DNA of 64,000 nt from Leidyana gryllorum EB-2025a (taxonomy: Eukaryota; Protista; Apicomplexa): assembly GCA_048772705.1 (NCBI GenBank), contig JBLWGC010000115.1, positions 1 through 64,000 of the forward strand. The letters run 5' to 3'. The notes beneath the pieces were generated by a model that worked only from the letters and a program-made list of their open reading frames with translations, was not told the DNA's origin and did no database searches. Positions 32,978 to 44,181 of this stretch are shown here, piece by piece (the stretch's first letter is position 1; every line of letters starts with the position of its first letter). A program made the translations under genes and the position numbers.

Positions 32978-35922
32978 ATGCAACCCAATTTTGATCAACC
33001 GGACGACAACGAGTGTCAACCTGAACCATTTTTTGGAGCTGCTGCAGTCTCTCAACTCTCACCTGACTCACCTGCTTTCTGGGATGACCTCTATTCCCTA
33101 GCGCGAAAAGCACAAGACCCCGACATTGCATTAGCCGCTCTAAGATTCAGCTGTACTGTCAAAAGCAAAGTACATCGGACTGAGCAATGCCCACCCCCAG
33201 CCAAGCGCCGGCGTGTCGTGTCACAAGTCGCCAAGGTCACCACACATATTGACATACATCCTACAGAACCGCCCACTACTTTACGCAAGACCGCTCTTAC
33301 GCTTGTGGCTACAATCAACCCGGTTTCAGTACCGGACTCCTCCCATCCGTGGACGGGGCAGACTTATTTATTACAGCTCGCTAAGGTCTTGGCATGGAGT
33401 GAAAGGAATGGGAGTGTCCCTCTGGACGCAACTTCGTTGCGCTACCGTCGCTTGTTTTTCGACGTTCTGACTGGTGCTGTCTTCGGCGGAGGGGTCACGC
33501 GAGGGGTCATTGACAACTCCACTGACTTTGTTGCTTTGCTACAAGCTGTCGCTGAAGCCTGTCTCACTTGGCATCAATCTAATCCTAGGACGGACTGGAT
33601 TGATGAGGCGGGAACACTTTCAAACGCTTCACGAGCCACCAAGAAAATGGTCCTGGAGCTGGTTCGCGGCTCTCGAGAAGACGTACGAGATGTGTGGACA
33701 GATCTGATCCGTGCCTATCGATCTTTGCTCTCTGAACGGAGGGACCTCATCACCCAAGTTTGCACACAGCTCCAAACTACCCGTGACGATGACGACGCCA
33801 AAGCAATGACCAGTCTGGTTCAAGCCGCTACCGACCTGCTCAGAGGTAATCTCCCAGTAGCCTGCGGCTGATGGATGAATGCTCTGTGAAACTTCAGAAT
33901 CCCCCAACAAGGAGTCTCTTCCCAAAGCTTTGCACGCTTTAGCGGAAGTCGACTGCCTCATCAAGGACTCAGAGGCAAACAGCTTACGCGATTATGATTT
34001 GGAGGTGTGTACCACCTTGGTGCGGACACCCGCAGTCGTAAGCTGGTCGTCCTGGTATCCCTACCTCGACGAAGGTAGTATCGCTGTTGACGAGTGCCAC
34101 ACTCCATCTGTTGCTCCAAATGACGTCGAAGTCGAGGAGATGAAGGGATCGTCGCCGCTGCCACCTGCCCATTCGGACACTCAAAGTGACGAGGGTCGGT
34201 CGGAATGCGTTGCGGAGCCGGAAGATGCCGCCAAGGAGTCGCCACCTCTTAAGCTCCCTTCACCCGCCGAGGGAACCGCCAAGTCAGCAGGCGCAGCTCA
34301 CACGTCCATTCCCGTCCCCAAAAGAGCAAAGGTGCCCAACCCAAGAGCTCAAAACAGGGCCCCGGAGATTGTCGACTTTATAACAAAAGCTGTGTCTAAG
34401 CCCGAGGCGGCAACAAATCCATTCGTCATTCTCGGAGTGGATCCACAAACTACGTCAGAGGTTCAATTGAAGAGACTGAAACAACGAATTTCGATCCAAA
34501 TTCATCCCGATAAGGTCTCACAGGAATTGAGCGATGCCAGTAATGTCGCTTTTGCAACGGTAAGACATTCTTGTGACACTTATTGTATCATTCACTTTGA
34601 TGATCCGATACAGTTCTCCACGGCACTGGAGACGGCCATTGAGATGTATAGAGACGGTCGGTATCGGGCTTTGTCTTGTCCGTCCGAGCTGGCGTGCTAC
34701 GCCCAGGATCTCGGTGGCCCCTGCATCGAGGGTGAGCAGTCAGACGATGACGCCCCTCTGGTAGAGAACCGCGGTGGCGATGTCAAAATGAAAGTTTCTA
34801 CTCCGTCGAGTGCGAGATCCGCCGCTGCCTCACCGTCATCGAGCTCGAGAGTGTCACAGAATGCTCCGCCTCGGAATAACAATGCCAAATCCAGGTCGGG
34901 TGAAAGGTTCGGAATGACTGCTGGGGGAAGGGCGGGAAAAGAAAAGCCGACTGGTCTGTCTCGGTTTGTTGCTCAACCGTCGCAACGAAATGTTGGTGGG
35001 GCCAGTCACGATCGCGATAAAGACCGCGGGCCTTCAGCGGCATCTACAACTTCCACCACCACGAGCCCTTCACCGACGGCACAAAATTCATCCCCCGCTA
35101 AGCCATTCACCAATGGGACAAAGAGCAAAACGTTGATCTTGGAGCAGAAGACATCATTCGCCTATGATCGGCTTCGAGCAAACGAGAGTCCTGCATGTGA
35201 CACACATCGTCCATCGTCTCCCTGTCCACTGAGCTTCCGCTGCGAGGCGTTGATTGCAGATGGACTGAGCATTGTGGTTGGGTACCGACAAAGTATAAAG
35301 GAGCGGAGACCGATGCATCTGATAAACATTTACGTCTGCCATCCCTTTAGCGGTGATCTGGAGGCCACTCCCAATCAATCCGCCCTGTGTCTGCCCGAGT
35401 CTGCTAGACTTGCAGCTCGTCTGGCCATTGTCAATGTCTACGAGCCCCTTCCGCCCAACTGCGAGAGAGCCCGGCTCTTCTTTGACCCCGTTCCGCTGGT
35501 GGGAGGCCCCCCCGGGCCCGCTGCTACGGGTAACTGGTGCTCATGGTGGATTGGAATACAATGCTCGTTGAGTGTGAGTGATCAACCTGATGATACAGGC
35601 GCTGTGGAAACAACAAGGGTGAGCAATAAGGCTTTCGCGAAGACAGAAATCTGCCATTTTACAGATATATTGGAGACTAGTGTCCGCGAGTACTGACAAT
35701 TGGTTACGGAATGCCAAAGTTGAGCCTCTGCGCAACTTCCTTCGCTTCTTCAAGTTCAGCTCACATACCATATACGGGATGAAAATGCAGCCCGGAATGT
35801 TTTCGACTCGAGCTCTCCGGGTGCGGAAACTTGATGAGTTACAGAAACTCGCACAGGAGGTGATCAATGACACCAATAGGTGCCCTGACCACCAGTTAAT
35901 GCCTGGCGCTGAGTCTGAATGA
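32978..35922 (+). CDS. Large J-domain (DnaJ) containing protein (introns 33846-33897, 34560-34613, 35619-35664)
   Basis: NPFVILGV...IHPDKV J-domain with HPD; introns join the 32978, 33879 and 35680 ORFs in frame; PPPAKRRR NLS-like. Confidence 0.7.
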
Positions 35923-36071
35923 GGACATACCACATTTTGGATACGTATCAAACGACTCGAGACGGACAACAACAGTTACAGGCGGCTGCTCTGATCTGAT
36001 TAATTTCTTCCAAGATGGAAGTTATGGGCGCAGTTTCATTACCCAAAGCATGTAGCATTGATTGAATTTGA

Positions 36072-37343
36072 TCACACACTCTGATCGCTGGGTGCCGTCG
36101 TTTCTTGATCTCGCAATAAATCGGCTGACCTCTGACTGGGAGCTAGAGCAGCCAGTGCGTGATAAAGCGTTGTCACACTCAAAGAGCTGATGTCAGCTTC
36201 ATGAAAGCAGTCGGGAGCATGAAGGGGTATCGCAGTCATGGGGCCGTGCGCAACCAGGTCTTGTAGGTGCCTGCCAAACGTGACAGCCACAGGCGCCCGT
36301 TTCACCACAGACGGAGGCAAGAGACTCCGTTTTAGAAGCCAGATCTTTGCCAACACGTGCACGAAAGCGTTCAACATTGGAATAGTCCACCAGTGACTGT
36401 TCCACTCTTCTTTCACCTTCTCCATTTCATCCTTCACATGTCTCTGGAGAGCCGGATACATCATCCAATGAATTGACCGTATCAGATTGGAAATATCCTC
36501 GAAGCTCCCGGGGTGCAGGAAGGAGTATACCGGCAAGGTACGGCTTCGTTTCAGCTGGTCGTTCCGAAGCTTGCTGTAGTGCTTCAAGGCGTCGGCCTCC
36601 TGTGCCGGTACGCAATAGCCTTCATCTTTGAGCACAACTTTGAACCGCAAACAGTCTTGATCGAACACATCTATGATGTCATATTTTTCTTGAAAACCTT
36701 TCGCGCGACACCCAAATAGCCGAGGTATGAACCTGAGGGTGTCGGAAGGGCGAATCTGTAAGCTTTGATTCGATGTTTCATCGTAGTGATACCAACTCAG
36801 CCTCGGGGCGTCAATGTCCAACGCAGGAGAAAGTCTGAGATGTTGAACCTGGAGAAAGGTCAAATTGGGGAGTTTGACCTGCGTCTCAGATCTCTGCAGT
36901 AACGTCCATTTTTCCGAAACTGATATATTGACACATTCGAGCCCTTCGAAAACCCCACAGAATATGTCAGTTAGAATCGATACCAGCCATGCTGGCAATG
37001 CGTGTTTGTGAACCAGAGTGAACGTGCGCGCGTAGGGCAATGATCGTCGTATCCACACTTTGGCCCATGCGTTCAGCACAAAGTTTGGATCGGTCCACAG
37101 CACGTCGTCCAATACAATGTCCTTCACAATGTATTTGTCCCTCAGAAAATCCCTCCACTCGAGCTCACGGGCTGCCACAGCTAGCCGCTCTCGCCATCCC
37201 TGCTGTTCCACAGCTAATAACAACGCGTGGTCGTGCGCTGTCAATCCTCGCAAGAAAAGCTCAAAGTCAGTATCTAACTGTGGGTTAGTGTGTTCTGGCT
37301 CGAACTCTAGTGGAGGAAACCGCATGTCAGGAATCGCTATCAT
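36072..37343 (-). CDS. Hypothetical protein (weak LRR-like segment LPNLTFLQV)
   Basis: 423 aa ORF with no recognised family. Confidence 0.6.
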   Translation of the reverse strand: MIAIPDMRFPPLEFEPEHTNPQLDTDFELFLRGLTAHDHALLLAVEQQGWRERLAVAARELEWRDFLRDKYIVKDIVLDDVLWTDPNFVLNAWAKVWIRRSLPYARTFTLVHKHALPAWLVSILTDIFCGVFEGLECVNISVSEKWTLLQRSETQVKLPNLTFLQVQHLRLSPALDIDAPRLSWYHYDETSNQSLQIRPSDTLRFIPRLFGCRAKGFQEKYDIIDVFDQDCLRFKVVLKDEGYCVPAQEADALKHYSKLRNDQLKRSRTLPVYSFLHPGSFEDISNLIRSIHWMMYPALQRHVKDEMEKVKEEWNSHWWTIPMLNAFVHVLAKIWLLKRSLLPPSVVKRAPVAVTFGRHLQDLVAHGPMTAIPLHAPDCFHEADISSLSVTTLYHALAALAPSQRSADLLRDQETTAPSDQSV

Positions 37344-37702
37344 CTTCGATATCGATCAATTGGTAGATATAATAATATGTAAGCGTACACACACTGAAGC
37401 TTTATGCACAAGTGGCGCTTTTCCGCGCCCTGGAAAGTGAGACTTATAGAGCACCGCGATATCCCGCGAGCATATACAACGCCTTTGCTTTACCCAGAAC
37501 ACCAGCTTCCAGTAGAGTAATAGAGAGAGATGAGATAAGCACAAACGCTCATACGACGCAATCGTCTCTTCAGAAAAGGGTCTAGAAGATCTCATTTACC
37601 GGTTAGAAAAGATGTCGCTCGTCCGCGAACGCGAGTGTCGGACTGTCATGGGGTAGCAATAGTGGTGGTAGCAACCGCGACGCTGTGCTTTTTTTTTGCA
37701 CA

Positions 37703-38486
37703 ATGGGGGAGCGTGAATTGATATATCAAGGAGCAGAGGCAGTAAGTATCGGTGGTAGTAAAGGTTGTGCCATCTGTAGCGCTTCAGCGGCTGTATAAGT
37801 CTAAGTACTTGAATAAGGATGTTGCCATTAAGGAGCGTTTTGCCAAAAAGTACCGTCATCCAACTCTGGACCAACAGTTGTTGAAATCGCGCACGCGCTC
37901 GGAGGTGCGCAATCTCGCAAAAGCGCGGGCGGCTGGTTTGGACTGTCCAGTTGTATACGGCGTTCGTATAAGCGAAGACAAAGCTCAAATAATCCAAGAA
38001 TGGCTTCCGGGAAGGACTCTTGCCGCCGCACTGGCGGGTGTCTCCCACTTTACCGAGGACTGGCGGTGTGTTGCACAGCAACTGGGGCAAACGATAGCCA
38101 AAATGCATGAAGTTGCAGGGGTCATCCACGGGGACTTGACCACCTCCAATCTCATGTTGCTGCAAACGGATGACAGAGCGAATGACCTCCGCACAGAATC
38201 AATTGCTTTGATAGACTTTGGGTTGGCGCAAACCAGTGTGGCCGCGGAGGACAAAGCTGTCGATCTATATGTGCTTGAGCGCGCCATTCAGTCGCTGCAT
38301 CCCGGCATAGCACAGGAGCTGGTAAGCGCAAGCTATTTCATCCACGTCTGGTCGTCGACGTTGATCCTGCAGATTCAAGTGTTGTTGTCATCTTACGAGG
38401 GAGCCTTTCCACCCAAGACTAGGGAAACTATAAAGCGATTGGAGGCTGTGAGAGCCAGGGGTCGTAAGCGTGTTGCATTTGGGTGA
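37703..38486 (+). CDS. BUD32: KEOPS complex kinase BUD32/TP53RK (introns 37742-37787, 38322-38372)
   Basis: Exon 1 MGERELIYQGAEA; KERF.KKYRHP.LD, HGDLTTSN, IDFGL, EDKAVDLYVLERA, RGRKR. Confidence 0.93.
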
Positions 38487-38616
38487 AGAGGGGAGTGACT
38501 GGTTAGATTACAACTAGATCATTGCTTGTTCCTCTGTTGTTCATCGGTACAAAAGATAAATATTCATTTGATCTGGTGCTGCTAGAAAAATACCAAACTT
38601 ATCGTCATATGGTTGT

Positions 38617-41600
38617 TCACCAAGCTTCGACGTTGTACTTGCCCTTGAGCTGCCACTGGACAATGGTGTTCTCAGCCTCCTCCTCGGTCATGCCTCCCTC
38701 AGCACACAAGACTGCTCGCACAGCGGCGCGGACATCTGCTGGGACTTGTTTGGCGGAGCCACAAAGATAGAAGTATCCATCCTCCACGACCATACGCTGG
38801 TAGAAGTTGGCTCCGTTGCGGACAATGTGATGTTGGATGTAATCCTTCTCCTTCTGGTCACGCGAGAAGGCGACTTCGAGCTCAGTGATGACTCCGTCAG
38901 CCAGTGCCTTCTCCATCTCAGCTTGGTAGAGGTAATCCTTGGCCTTGTAGCGGCATCCGAAGTAGACCGAGAAAGGTCCGACCTCTTTGCCCTGCTCGTG
39001 CAGCCAGACTCTGTGCTGGTAGAAGGCCCTGAAGGGAGCCAGACCAGTACCCATGCCGGCGATGATGATGGGGTGCTTGTCAGTGGGGGGCAGGTTGAAG
39101 CAGGTTGGCTTGATAGTAGCGTTCACACTGACTGGCCCAGTGGCCTCAGAGAGATATCCAGTTTCAAGACCCTTCTTATTCTTGCCGTCCGGTCCGTACA
39201 TCTCAACAACACCAACGCAGAGCTGGATTTTGTTGAGACCAACGGCCTTCTGAGAAGAGGCGATCGAGTAGTAGCGAGCCTTCAGCATCGGGAGCAGGTC
39301 GATCATCTGGGCGAGAGTGGGTTTCACCGATGGGAATAGTTTCATGACATCGAAACTAGTCATACACTGCTTGGCCCACTCCTTTATCTTGTGCTTGTTG
39401 TCTTTGTCCATCAAAGTCTTGAGGGTGTTCTTCTCTTGGGGGTCGGTTGCGTAGCGGTACAAGTTCTCGTAGAAGTTACGAGGCGGCTTAGAGAAGGCGT
39501 CCAAAACCTCAGTGAAGAGCTGACGGACGGTCATCGGATGAGCGAAGGCCGCCTGGTACTTCTTGGGATGAACTTTGGTGGTTGGGCGCATCTCAATCCA
39601 CTGATCAGCATCGTATCCAAAGTAGTTGCAGATGGCATCCACTCTCTCGGGCAAGTTTCTGGGCATGAGAGCGAGAGAGTCACCCAAAGCGTACTTGATG
39701 CCGGTTGTGCCGAGATCAAACTCGAGATGACGGACATCGACCTCGTAGTCAGCTGGAGTGATGCGAGTGTTGCTGATGAGTTTGATGGTATGGAATCCAT
39801 CGTGCACGACCTCCTTGTACTCGCCAGACGGCTTGACTTCGATGTCGTAGGCTGACGGCAGAGGAGCATCGGAGCTGTCAACAGGCTCAGGAGCCTTAAT
39901 CTCCAGCAGGAACTCCGGCATCCATTCGGTGAAGGCAGTGTCGAAACCTTCCTCCGCTTGGTCATCTCCGAGACCGACCTCAATGATGCGGCGAGCGCCA
40001 CACTTGCTCATATACTCATCCAAGCGCTTGGCTGCTTGGTTGAAGAAGACATAGGCAGTGTCACCCAGACCCATGACGGCATAACGAGTGTGCTCGAGCA
40101 GATTGTTCTGGTTGTTGGCACTGGCCTTCTCCAATTCGGCGGCAAAAGCCTTAGCATTGGGCGGGAACTCGCCTTGGCCAGAAGTTGAGCACACAATGAT
40201 CACCTGACCCATACCCTGGACATCTTCGAGGGTCACCTCGTCGAGTCCAGCGATCTTGGGAACCAATCCGCGGCCACTGAGAGCTGCTCCGATGCGGTTG
40301 GCAACGGCTTCAGCGTTTCCGGTATCAGTACCGAAAAGCACGTGGTACAGCTTGGCGGGATCGACGTCTGCCTCGGCAGAAGGCATCTCCAAGCCATGTG
40401 TGCGGTGCACGAGGCGCTTGAATCTGCCCTCCACCCAGCTCTTCAAACGGGCTTCGAGATCAGCCGCCACAGCCGGGCTGGAGCGCTTGAGAATCGCGAA
40501 ACGGTTCTCTCTGCGGACCAAATCGATCACATCGGCCTTGATCTTCTTGGAGTCAAGTTGGAAGGCGGGTTCGCCGGCGTCCAATTTGCGGGGATCGTAA
40601 CGGTAGAGGGGCCAGAAACCAGCGTTGACGGCCAACTTGCAGTGTTCTTGCTGCAGGTTGAAGGGTTTGAGGTACTGATGCTCAATGCAGGGCGAGTAGG
40701 CGATGATGAGGGACGGGCCGGTGTAGGACTCGGCCTCCACGAAGGCGCGGACGGTTTGAGTCATGTTGGCACTGGAGGAGATGGAGGCAACATAGACATT
40801 GCCGTACTCCATGCAGATGCTTCCGAGATCCTTCTTGTTGGCTTGCTTTCCAGCGGTGGCGAACTTGTGGACGGCACCGATAGGAGTGGACTTGGACATT
40901 TGTCCACCGGTGTTACTGTACACTTCTGTGTCCATGACGAGAATGTTGACATCCACACCACTGGCGACAACGTGGTCCAATCCACCGTAACCGATATCGT
41001 AAGCCCATCCGTCACCACCAATGATCCATTGGGAGATGCGAGGCAAGAGGTCCTTGTTCTTGGCTACCGCCTGGACAAGGGGATGCTTGGGGCACTCGTC
41101 ATCCAGGATGTCATTGAGGGCCATGAAGGTGCGTTGGCAGACGCCAGCGTCGGTCCAGTGGAGCAGCCAGCGGGCGAGCTCGTCACGAACGACCTCTGAG
41201 ATGGCTGCGGCAGCTTCCTCGTTGGTCAGAAGAGCCTCTACAGCGTCACGTAGGGCCTCACGTCGGTGGGCAGTGGCCATGGCCATTCCGTATCCGAATT
41301 CGGCATTGTCTTCAAAGAGGGAGTTGGCCCAAGCGGGACCCAAGCCCTTTTGGTTGATGGTGTAAGCGTTGGCGGGGTATGAAGCTCCCCAGATGGACGA
41401 GCATCCAGTAGCGTTAGCAATGACGAGGCGCTCGCCAAAGAGTTGTGTAAGAAGCTTGACATACGGAGTCTCACCACAACCCTCGCAAGCACCGGAGAAC
41501 TCCATCAGGGGGGGGTAGAACTGAGATCCTTTAAGAGTGAGACGGTTCTCGGGTTCGACCTCGTCACATTTATCGGCCAAAGTCTGAGCGAAAGTCCAGT

Positions 41601-44019
41601 TGGGCTCCTCGACGGCGCGGACACTCTCCATGGGGACCATGGTGAGGGCGTCATCAGGACAGGCGATGAAACAGAGCTCACAGCCTGTGCAGTCAAGTGG
41701 GGAAACTTGAATGCGAAATTTATAAGCGGCCAGACTGGCGGGGTTCTTGCACTTGCGAGAGATAAAGTCAGCAGGGGATTTCTCCGCTTCTTCATCGTCC
41801 ATGAGGAAGGGACGGATGGCGGCGTGAGGGCAGACGAAAGAACATTGGTTACATTGAGTACACTTGTCCATGTCGACGACGGGGACATTGAGAGCGATAC
41901 CACGTTTTTCGAATTCGGTGGCTCCAGGAGGAATGACACCACCCTTGAAAGGGTAGAAGGAGGAGACGGGAAGATCTTCGCCCTTGGCCAACTTGACCAT
42001 GACGTCAGTAACGAAAGAAGGCGGCTCAGGGAACTTGCAGCTGGGAGGTACAGTTGTACCAGCAGGTCCGGGGACGTCGACTGCTTGTTTCCATTCGTCC
42101 GCGGGGTAGTGGATCTGGCGGGTGCTATCGACGGCAGCGTCGACACACTTCCAGTTAGCTTCGACAATGTGCATACCCTTCTTGCCGTAGGTCTTCTTGA
42201 TGGCTTCCTTGAACAAACTGATAGCCTGCTCGAAGGGAAGGACACCCGAGACCTTGAAGAAGGACGTCATGAGCACGTTGTTGATACGTCTACCCATGCC
42301 GTTTTCGGCAGCCACTTTGTTGGCATCGATGGCGTAGAGCTTGACTTGACGATCGGCGATCTGCTTCTTCACACGGGCAGGCAGTTTCTCGAGCACTTCC
42401 TCATCAGTCCATTCGACGTTGATGACGGCAGTGGCCCCGGGCTTGATGTTGGCGAAGCAGTCGTAGCGTTCCAAATAGATCGCGCGATGAACAGCAATAT
42501 AGTCACACGCTTGCAACAGATAAGAGGAGGTAATCTTCTTCGGGCCAAATCGCAAGTGAGATACCGTGAGACCTCCGGCTTTGTGCGCAGAGTAGGCGAA
42601 GTATCCTTGGACTTGCAGAGGGGTATTCATACCCAAGATTTTGATAACATTCTTGTTGGCTCCAACCGTCCCGTCGCTTCCCATACCCCAGAACATGCAC
42701 TGGGAGGTACCCGCGGGGACGCAGTCGGTGCTCAACCATTTAGAGTAATCGAGAGATGTGAAGGTGACATCGTCGTGAATGCCGACCGTGAAACCTCGGC
42801 GAGGCTGACTCTCGGGATTTTGGAGGTGATCGTAGACAGACAACGCCATGGCTGGAGTGAAGTCGCGACTTCCCAAACCATAGCGGCCCCCAATCACATC
42901 GATGTTCCTGCCAATGGTCTGCAGAGACGCAGCCACGTCCAAGTACATCGGCTCGCCAAGAGCTCCCGCTTCCTTGACACGGTCGAGCACAGCAATACGC
43001 TGGCAAGTTGACGGAATTTCCTCAATGAAGCGCTCCAATTTCCAGGGTCTGAACAATCGCACAGTCAATACACCGCATTTTCTTTCAGGTGCATTGGCCA
43101 TCAACCAGTCGACTGCTTCCTGGACAATCGGAGCTGCTGAACCCATCACGACAATCACATCAGTCGCATCGGAAGGTCCATAGTACTCAAAAAGCTTGTA
43201 CTCGCGGCCAACACGTTCGGCGAACCGTTTCATGCACCGCTCAACGACATCAGCGCAACCCGCGTAATACTGGTTCGAAGTTTCAACGTTTTGGAAGTAC
43301 ACTTCGGGTCCCTGAGCAGTGCCGCGCGTCTTGGGATGGGTGGGATTCAAAGCTCTCTGACGGAAACGTTCGACTGCATCACCGTCCAGCAGTTCGCGGA
43401 CGACCAAGTAGTCCAAGACTTGGATCTTCTGAAGTTCATGAGAAGTTCTGAACCCATCGAAAAAGTGTACAAACGGCACTTCGGCCTCCAGAGTGGCCAT
43501 GTGCGCTATACACGCCAAATCTTGCGCTTCCTGTACGCTTGTACCTCCCAACAGAGCCCATCCAGTGCTGCGCACCGCCATAACGTCGGTGTGGTCGCCA
43601 AAGATCGACAGCGCTTGGCCGGCAACCGCTCGGGCAGCGACGTGGATAACGCAGGGCAAAAGCTCTCCAGCAATACGGAACATAGGGGGAATCATCAGTA
43701 AGAGGCCCTGGCTAGCAGTAAATGTGGTAGCCATGGCGCCAGCTGACACTGCACCGTGAACAGCCGAAGCAGCACCTGCCTCGGACTGAAGCTGCTTCAC
43801 GATGTTGACAGCTCCAAGACAGTTGACACGTTGTGCGGCAGACCAGGCTTCATATATTTCAGCGGCTGGAGATGATGGAGTGATAGGAAAGAGGAAGGCG
43901 CCATCAGTTGCGGCGTAGGCAACGTGAGCTGCGGCCACGCACCCGTCGAAGACATCTTCCTTGGGGTAGTTCTTCAGTTTAGCTTCAATTTCGGCAGTGA
44001 GACAGGGGAGAGCAGACAT
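38617..44019 (-). CDS. PNO: Pyruvate:NADP+ oxidoreductase (pyruvate:ferredoxin oxidoreductase fused to a cytochrome P450 reductase-like domain)
   Basis: FPITPSS, SEAGA, two CxxCxxCxxxCP [4Fe-4S] motifs, GDGWAYD TPP motif, flavodoxin FGTDTGNAE, RYYSIAS, GTGLAPF, YFGCR, terminal EAW; intronless. Confidence 0.95.
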   Translation of the reverse strand: MSALPCLTAEIEAKLKNYPKEDVFDGCVAAAHVAYAATDGAFLFPITPSSPAAEIYEAWSAAQRVNCLGAVNIVKQLQSEAGAASAVHGAVSAGAMATTFTASQGLLLMIPPMFRIAGELLPCVIHVAARAVAGQALSIFGDHTDVMAVRSTGWALLGGTSVQEAQDLACIAHMATLEAEVPFVHFFDGFRTSHELQKIQVLDYLVVRELLDGDAVERFRQRALNPTHPKTRGTAQGPEVYFQNVETSNQYYAGCADVVERCMKRFAERVGREYKLFEYYGPSDATDVIVVMGSAAPIVQEAVDWLMANAPERKCGVLTVRLFRPWKLERFIEEIPSTCQRIAVLDRVKEAGALGEPMYLDVAASLQTIGRNIDVIGGRYGLGSRDFTPAMALSVYDHLQNPESQPRRGFTVGIHDDVTFTSLDYSKWLSTDCVPAGTSQCMFWGMGSDGTVGANKNVIKILGMNTPLQVQGYFAYSAHKAGGLTVSHLRFGPKKITSSYLLQACDYIAVHRAIYLERYDCFANIKPGATAVINVEWTDEEVLEKLPARVKKQIADRQVKLYAIDANKVAAENGMGRRINNVLMTSFFKVSGVLPFEQAISLFKEAIKKTYGKKGMHIVEANWKCVDAAVDSTRQIHYPADEWKQAVDVPGPAGTTVPPSCKFPEPPSFVTDVMVKLAKGEDLPVSSFYPFKGGVIPPGATEFEKRGIALNVPVVDMDKCTQCNQCSFVCPHAAIRPFLMDDEEAEKSPADFISRKCKNPASLAAYKFRIQVSPLDCTGCELCFIACPDDALTMVPMESVRAVEEPNWTFAQTLADKCDEVEPENRLTLKGSQFYPPLMEFSGACEGCGETPYVKLLTQLFGERLVIANATGCSSIWGASYPANAYTINQKGLGPAWANSLFEDNAEFGYGMAMATAHRREALRDAVEALLTNEEAAAAISEVVRDELARWLLHWTDAGVCQRTFMALNDILDDECPKHPLVQAVAKNKDLLPRISQWIIGGDGWAYDIGYGGLDHVVASGVDVNILVMDTEVYSNTGGQMSKSTPIGAVHKFATAGKQANKKDLGSICMEYGNVYVASISSSANMTQTVRAFVEAESYTGPSLIIAYSPCIEHQYLKPFNLQQEHCKLAVNAGFWPLYRYDPRKLDAGEPAFQLDSKKIKADVIDLVRRENRFAILKRSSPAVAADLEARLKSWVEGRFKRLVHRTHGLEMPSAEADVDPAKLYHVLFGTDTGNAEAVANRIGAALSGRGLVPKIAGLDEVTLEDVQGMGQVIIVCSTSGQGEFPPNAKAFAAELEKASANNQNNLLEHTRYAVMGLGDTAYVFFNQAAKRLDEYMSKCGARRIIEVGLGDDQAEEGFDTAFTEWMPEFLLEIKAPEPVDSSDAPLPSAYDIEVKPSGEYKEVVHDGFHTIKLISNTRITPADYEVDVRHLEFDLGTTGIKYALGDSLALMPRNLPERVDAICNYFGYDADQWIEMRPTTKVHPKKYQAAFAHPMTVRQLFTEVLDAFSKPPRNFYENLYRYATDPQEKNTLKTLMDKDNKHKIKEWAKQCMTSFDVMKLFPSVKPTLAQMIDLLPMLKARYYSIASSQKAVGLNKIQLCVGVVEMYGPDGKNKKGLETGYLSEATGPVSVNATIKPTCFNLPPTDKHPIIIAGMGTGLAPFRAFYQHRVWLHEQGKEVGPFSVYFGCRYKAKDYLYQAEMEKALADGVITELEVAFSRDQKEKDYIQHHIVRNGANFYQRMVVEDGYFYLCGSAKQVPADVRAAVRAVLCAEGGMTEEEAENTIVQWQLKGKYNVEAW

Positions 44020-44181
44020 CGTGGTTCTAGTAACAAAGAAAAGTCTAATCGAAAGCCGCAAAAACTAAAAGGGGAATAGCTCGCACACCTTCTAGATTTT
44101 AACTGAACGAGACACTTGTCTCCCTCACACAGACCACTCGAGATGTTAGACACCAATACAGAGACCACTAGTCTATCACTA

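Noticed and set aside
38746-43011. Long + strand ORFs (up to 522 aa) opposite PNO
   Set aside because: Antisense shadows of a strongly codon-biased gene; no protein-like motifs
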